A stretch of DNA of 64,000 nt from positions 96,001 through 160,000 of the forward strand of contig OZ251459.1 of assembly GCA_965242525.1 (NCBI GenBank), written 5' to 3'. The notes below the pieces were generated by a model. The model saw only the letters and a program-made list of their open reading frames with translations. It was not told where the DNA came from and did not search any database. Below are positions 59,871-64,000 of the stretch, piece after piece (within the stretch, counting starts at the first letter, position 1; every line of letters starts with the position of its first letter). The translations under genes and the position numbers were made by a program. Source of the DNA: an uncultured Candidatus Binatia bacterium. Lineage in GTDB: Bacteria > Desulfobacterota > Binatia > UBA9968 > JAJDTQ01.

Positions 59871-61435
59871 GCCTCGTCTGGATACTGCTGATTCCGGCCG
59901 CGGGCGGCGCCGCGGCGTGGGTTTCCGGCCGCTGGAGCGACCTGTGGCCCCGCTGGATCTCGCTGGGCGCGGCGGCCCTCCACCTGCTGGTGCTGCTGGT
60001 CATCTGGGGCGTCTTCCTGGCCCGGATCGAGACCGGGCAGGAGGCGTGGCTGATGGTTTACCGGCAGCCCTGGATCCCCCCGCTGGGCATCGACTTCCAC
60101 CTGGCGGTGGACGGCCTCAGCCTGCTGCTGCTGCTGCTGGCGAGCTTCCTGACCCTGCTGGCGGTGTTGACGTCGTGGACCTCGGTCCGGCGCTCCGTGG
60201 GGTTCTTCCATTTCAACCTGCTGCTCATCCTCACGTCCCTGTCCGGCGTGTTCATGGCCTTCGACCTGTTCCTCTTCTTCGCCTTCTGGGAGGTCTCCCT
60301 GTTGCCGCTGTACTTCCTCATCGGCATCTGGGGGTACGAGAACCGGGTTTACGCCACCACCAAGTTCTTCCTCATCACCCAGGGCAGCGGCCTGCTCATG
60401 CTGCTGGCCATACTGGGGCTGGCGGCGGTGCATTGGCGGTCCACCGGGGTGCTGACCTTCGACTACCTGGAACTGGTGGGGACCCCCATGTCCGACGCCG
60501 TCGCGTGCTGGCTGATGCTGGGGTTCTTCGTCGCCTTTGCCGTGAAGCTGCCGGTGGTGCCGTTCCACACCTGGCTGCCGGACGCCCATACGCAGGCCCC
60601 CACCGCGGGCAGCGTGGCCCTGGCCGGCCTCGTCCTCAAGATCGGCGCCTACGGCATGATCCGGTTCGTGGTGCCGATCTTTCCCCAGGCGGCCGCGGAC
60701 TTCACCCTCGCGGCCATGACGCTGGCGGTGGTCGGCATCCTCTACGGCGCGCTGCTGGCCTTCGGCCAGACCGACCTGAAGCGCATGGTGGCTTACACCA
60801 GCATCAGCCACATGGGCTTCGTCCTGCTGGGGATCTTCGCCTGGAACGAGCTCGCGCTCCAGGGCGCGGTCATCATCATGCTGTCCCACGGGTTCAGCGC
60901 CGGCGCCCTGTTCATGATGGTGGGCGACCTGCAGCACCGCACGCATACCCGTGACCTGAACCGCCTCGGCGGCCTGTGGGCGGTGGCCCCGCGCATGGGC
61001 GGCGTGGGCGCGTTCTTCGCCATGGCGTCGCTGGGACTGCCGGGGCTGGCCAGTTTCGTGGGCGAGTTCCTGGTGCTGCTGGGCGCGTTCCAGGTCAACG
61101 CGCCGTTGGCGGTGCTGGCCTCGGCGGGCCTCGTGGCCGCCACGGTCTATTCCCTGTGGATGATGCAGAAGGTCTTCTACGGGGGCAATCCGGAGGACTG
61201 GCGGGTCGAAGACGCCAACGGCCGGGAGATGGCCATCATGGCCTCCCTGATCGGGGCGACCCTGTGGCTGGGCCTCTACCCGCAACCGGTGCTGACCACC
61301 TCCGGACACGGCCTGGGCGAGATGCGGAAGTTCGCAGAGGAAGCCCGGTCCCGGGCCTCCCGCGCCGGTGGCGTGGAACCCCGCGAGGCCGAAGCCGTGG
61401 CGTCCGCGCCGCCGGCGGGAGGCAACCGGCCGTGA
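59867..61435 (+). CDS. nuoM: NADH-quinone oxidoreductase subunit M
   Basis: FWE, VKLP.VPFHTWLPDAH.QAPTAGS, YTSISHMG, GLPG...FVGE. GTG start overlaps the nuoL stop. Confidence 0.95.
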   Translation: MSLVWILLIPAAGGAAAWVSGRWSDLWPRWISLGAAALHLLVLLVIWGVFLARIETGQEAWLMVYRQPWIPPLGIDFHLAVDGLSLLLLLLASFLTLLAVLTSWTSVRRSVGFFHFNLLLILTSLSGVFMAFDLFLFFAFWEVSLLPLYFLIGIWGYENRVYATTKFFLITQGSGLLMLLAILGLAAVHWRSTGVLTFDYLELVGTPMSDAVACWLMLGFFVAFAVKLPVVPFHTWLPDAHTQAPTAGSVALAGLVLKIGAYGMIRFVVPIFPQAAADFTLAAMTLAVVGILYGALLAFGQTDLKRMVAYTSISHMGFVLLGIFAWNELALQGAVIIMLSHGFSAGALFMMVGDLQHRTHTRDLNRLGGLWAVAPRMGGVGAFFAMASLGLPGLASFVGEFLVLLGAFQVNAPLAVLASAGLVAATVYSLWMMQKVFYGGNPEDWRVEDANGREMAIMASLIGATLWLGLYPQPVLTTSGHGLGEMRKFAEEARSRASRAGGVEPREAEAVASAPPAGGNRP

Positions 61436-62877
61436 CCGGGCTGCACGCGCTGACTCCCCTCGTCCTGCTGGGCGTGACGCCGCTGGCGCTCATGCTGGCG
61501 ATCTCGTTCCGCCGCAGCCACCGGCTGGCCGCGGCCCTGTCCCTGGCGGGTCTCGCCCTGACCCTTGCGGTGCTGCCCGGGGCGGCCGGGAGCGCGGCGC
61601 CGCCGGTGGCGCCGCTTCTGGTCATCGACGCGTACGCGCTCTTCTACATCGGGCTGCTTTCCGCTGCCACGCTGGTGGTGGTAGTGCTGTCGTACGGCTA
61701 CCTGGAGCGCCTGCCGGGCCGCCCGGAGGAGTTCTACCTGCTGCTCACGCTGGCCGCGTTCGGGAGCGCGGTGTTGACGGCGAGCAACCACTTCGTGTCG
61801 TTCTTCCTGGGACTGGAGATCCTGAGCGTATCCCTGTACGGACTGGTGGCCTACGTTCGCACCACCCGGACGGCGCTGGAGTCCGGCGTCAAGTACCTGA
61901 TCCTGGCGGCGGCGTCCGCGGCCTTCCTGCTCTTCGGCATGGCGCTGATCTACGCGGCCCTGGGCACCATGGACTTCACCGCCATGACCGCGGTGCTGGC
62001 GGGCAAGACGCAGGAGTGGAACCCGTTGCTGCTCGGGGGCTTCGCCATGGTGGTCATCGGCGCCGGGTTCAAGCTGGCGGTGGCGCCCTTCCACATGTGG
62101 GCGCCGGACGTGTACCAGGGAGCGCCCGCGCCGGTGACGGCCTTCCTCACCACCGTTTCCAAGGGCGCCATGGTGGCGCTGCTGCTCCGGTACGCCCGGT
62201 ACGGCGGCCTTCTGGACTACTCGTCGGTGGCTCTGGCGCTGGGACTCGTGGCCGCGGCCTCCATGTTCCTGGGCAACCTCCTGGCGTTGCTGCAGGACAA
62301 CGTCAAGCGCCTGCTGGCCTGTTCCTCCATCGCCCATCTCGGTTACCTGCTGGTGGCGGTCATCGCCGCCTCCCGGGAAGGCTCCCACGCGGTGACCTTC
62401 TACCTGGTGGCGTACTTCGTCACGTCGCTGGGGATCTTCGGCATCATCACCGCGCTCTCGGACGAGCGCCGGGAGGCCGACGACCTGGACGACTACCGGG
62501 GCCTGTTCTGGCGCCGCCCCTGGGTGAGCGCCGCCCTGACGCTGATGCTGTTCTCCCTGGCGGGGATCCCGCTCACCGCGGGGTTCGTGGGCAAGTTCTA
62601 CGTGCTGGCCGCCGGGGTCCTGTCCGACCTGTGGGCCCTCGTCATCCTGCTCGTGGCCAGCAGCGTCATCGGCCTCTACTACTACCTGCGCTTCATCATC
62701 ACCCTGTACCTGTCCGCTCCCGAGGCCGAGACCCGCTCCCCCCTGCCCGCTTCCCGGCGGTTCTCCTTCCCCGAAGGTCTCGTGCTGGCCGGCCTCACGG
62801 TACTGCTGGTCTGGTTCGGCGTGTACCCGGCGCCGCTCCTGGGCGCCATCCAGGCCGCGGTGGGCAGCCTGACCTGA
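61432..62877 (+). CDS. nuoN: NADH-quinone oxidoreductase subunit N
   Basis: FKL..APFHMWAPDVYQGAP, SSIAHLGY, SLAGIP.TAGF.GK. GTG start overlaps the nuoM stop. Confidence 0.95.
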   Translation: MTGLHALTPLVLLGVTPLALMLAISFRRSHRLAAALSLAGLALTLAVLPGAAGSAAPPVAPLLVIDAYALFYIGLLSAATLVVVVLSYGYLERLPGRPEEFYLLLTLAAFGSAVLTASNHFVSFFLGLEILSVSLYGLVAYVRTTRTALESGVKYLILAAASAAFLLFGMALIYAALGTMDFTAMTAVLAGKTQEWNPLLLGGFAMVVIGAGFKLAVAPFHMWAPDVYQGAPAPVTAFLTTVSKGAMVALLLRYARYGGLLDYSSVALALGLVAAASMFLGNLLALLQDNVKRLLACSSIAHLGYLLVAVIAASREGSHAVTFYLVAYFVTSLGIFGIITALSDERREADDLDDYRGLFWRRPWVSAALTLMLFSLAGIPLTAGFVGKFYVLAAGVLSDLWALVILLVASSVIGLYYYLRFIITLYLSAPEAETRSPLPASRRFSFPEGLVLAGLTVLLVWFGVYPAPLLGAIQAAVGSLT

Positions 62878-62907
62878 AGCCGCGGGAAGTCCCGGGTGAG
62901 CCGCTCG

Positions 62908-63912
62908 ATGGAGACGAACCCCAAAGGGACCCGGCGCATCGTGGGAAACGCGGCGCAGCGTCGGCGGCGCATGATCGCCTTCGGCTGGTACGGCGGCAAG
63001 TTCAGCCACCTGGACTTCATCCTGCCCAACCTGCCGGAAGATGCACGGCATTTCTGCGACGTGTTCGGCGGTTCGGCCGCGGTCATCATCAACCGGAAGC
63101 CGGCGCCGGCGGAGACCTACAACGACCTCGACGGGGAACTGGTCAACTTCTTCGCTACCCTGCGCGACGCAAGGACGAGCGATCCGTTGATCAAGGCCAT
63201 CGCGCTTACGCCGTTTTCGCGCGAGGAACTGGTCCGGGCCTGTGAGCCGCCCGACGGCGTCGAGCCGGTGGAGCGGGCGCGTCGTTTCTTCGTGCGCGCG
63301 CGCCAGACGCGCACCGGTTTGGCCCAGACCTCTTCGGAAGGTCGTTGGGCGCACTGCGTGCTGACCTCCCGGGCGGGGATGGCCGGCGCGGTGTCCCGCT
63401 GGCTCGGATCGGTGGAAGGACTGCCGGAAATCGTCCAGCGCCTGCAGCGGATCCAGATCGAGAACGCACCGGCGCTGGAAGTGGTCGAGCGCTACGACAC
63501 CCCCGAAACCCTCTTCTACCTCGACCCGCCCTACGTGCACGACGCACGCGGAGACGCGATCGCCTACGGAGCGGAAATGAGCGACGCCGACCACGCCGAC
63601 CTTGCCCGGTTGCTGCACCGGATCAAGGGACGAGCGGCGATCTCGGGCTACCGCACGCCCCTGTACGATCGACTGTTCGGAGATTGGCTGCGCGTGGACG
63701 CCGACCCCCGCCTGTGCCATTCGGTGCGGCAGCCGCGGCAGGAGTCGCTGTGGATGAACTACGAGGCCGGCCGACCTGTTGCCGACCCGGTTCGGCGCGT
63801 ACCCGGAGCCGTTCTTGGACGCCATCCGGGCCGCGGGGGACAGCCTGATTTGACCGCTACGGGGGCTCGTCCGACTGTCGCAACCCTTGTGCAGACGGCT
63901 CCAACCCGTTAA
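62908..63912 (+). CDS. Dam-family (D12 class) N6-adenine DNA methyltransferase
   Basis: FGWYGGK, DVFGGSAAV, YNDLD..L.NFF, FYLDPPY, ISGY, ESLWMNY. Start could be 62896 or 62971. Confidence 0.9.
   Translation: METNPKGTRRIVGNAAQRRRRMIAFGWYGGKFSHLDFILPNLPEDARHFCDVFGGSAAVIINRKPAPAETYNDLDGELVNFFATLRDARTSDPLIKAIALTPFSREELVRACEPPDGVEPVERARRFFVRARQTRTGLAQTSSEGRWAHCVLTSRAGMAGAVSRWLGSVEGLPEIVQRLQRIQIENAPALEVVERYDTPETLFYLDPPYVHDARGDAIAYGAEMSDADHADLARLLHRIKGRAAISGYRTPLYDRLFGDWLRVDADPRLCHSVRQPRQESLWMNYEAGRPVADPVRRVPGAVLGRHPGRGGQPDLTATGARPTVATLVQTAPTR
63787..63853 (+). repeat. Degenerate direct-repeat copy of the last 67 bp of nuoN (62811-62877)
   Basis: Manual ungapped alignment gives 56/67 identical positions, including the terminal TGA. 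Confidence 0.9.
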
Positions 63913-64000
63913 GCAGGGAACTTGACGCATCGACCTCACAGGACCCCTTGGTAGGCGATTCCTTCGCCGGAGAAGGGACGACTCCGTGAACCAAACCATC
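63857..64000 (-). CDS. Possible 3' end of a convergent gene starting outside the window
   Basis: One minus-strand frame is open from the edge to TAG at 63859-63857, in lower-GC sequence. No recognisable motif. Confidence 0.25.
   Translation of the reverse strand, partial: DGLVHGVVPSPAKESPTKGSCEVDASSSLLNGLEPSAQGLRQSDEPP

Overview
A high-GC bacterial window dominated by solute uptake and catabolic genes. These include tripartite tricarboxylate, TAXI-TRAP and Liv-type ABC transporters, three bicupins, two luciferase-like monooxygenase (LLM) family flavoproteins, a three-subunit molybdenum hydroxylase and several hydrolases. A complete E. coli-type nuoA-N operon with fused nuoCD follows. Interspersed are solitary defence-like genes: an ABC-ATPase/TOPRIM fusion, a 1354-aa type IIG restriction-modification enzyme and a Dam-family methyltransferase. 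Five things are not visible in the supplied ORF track. (1) A glutathione S-transferase has an in-frame UGA at its catalytic Cys position, with a SECIS-like hairpin 11 nt downstream (probable selenoprotein), directly upstream of larE. (2) The 5' end of a glycine/betaine reductase component B (GrdE-like) gene lies at the left edge. (3) The Dam-like gene sits between two copies of the last 67 bp of nuoN. (4) A family of MITE-like elements carrying a REP-type core recurs, often with adjacent tandem amplifications. (5) A three-repeat, two-spacer CRISPR-like mini-array is enclosed by two inverted MITE copies. No rRNA, tRNA, cas or transposase genes were recognised. All calls come from manual motif reading with no database searches.
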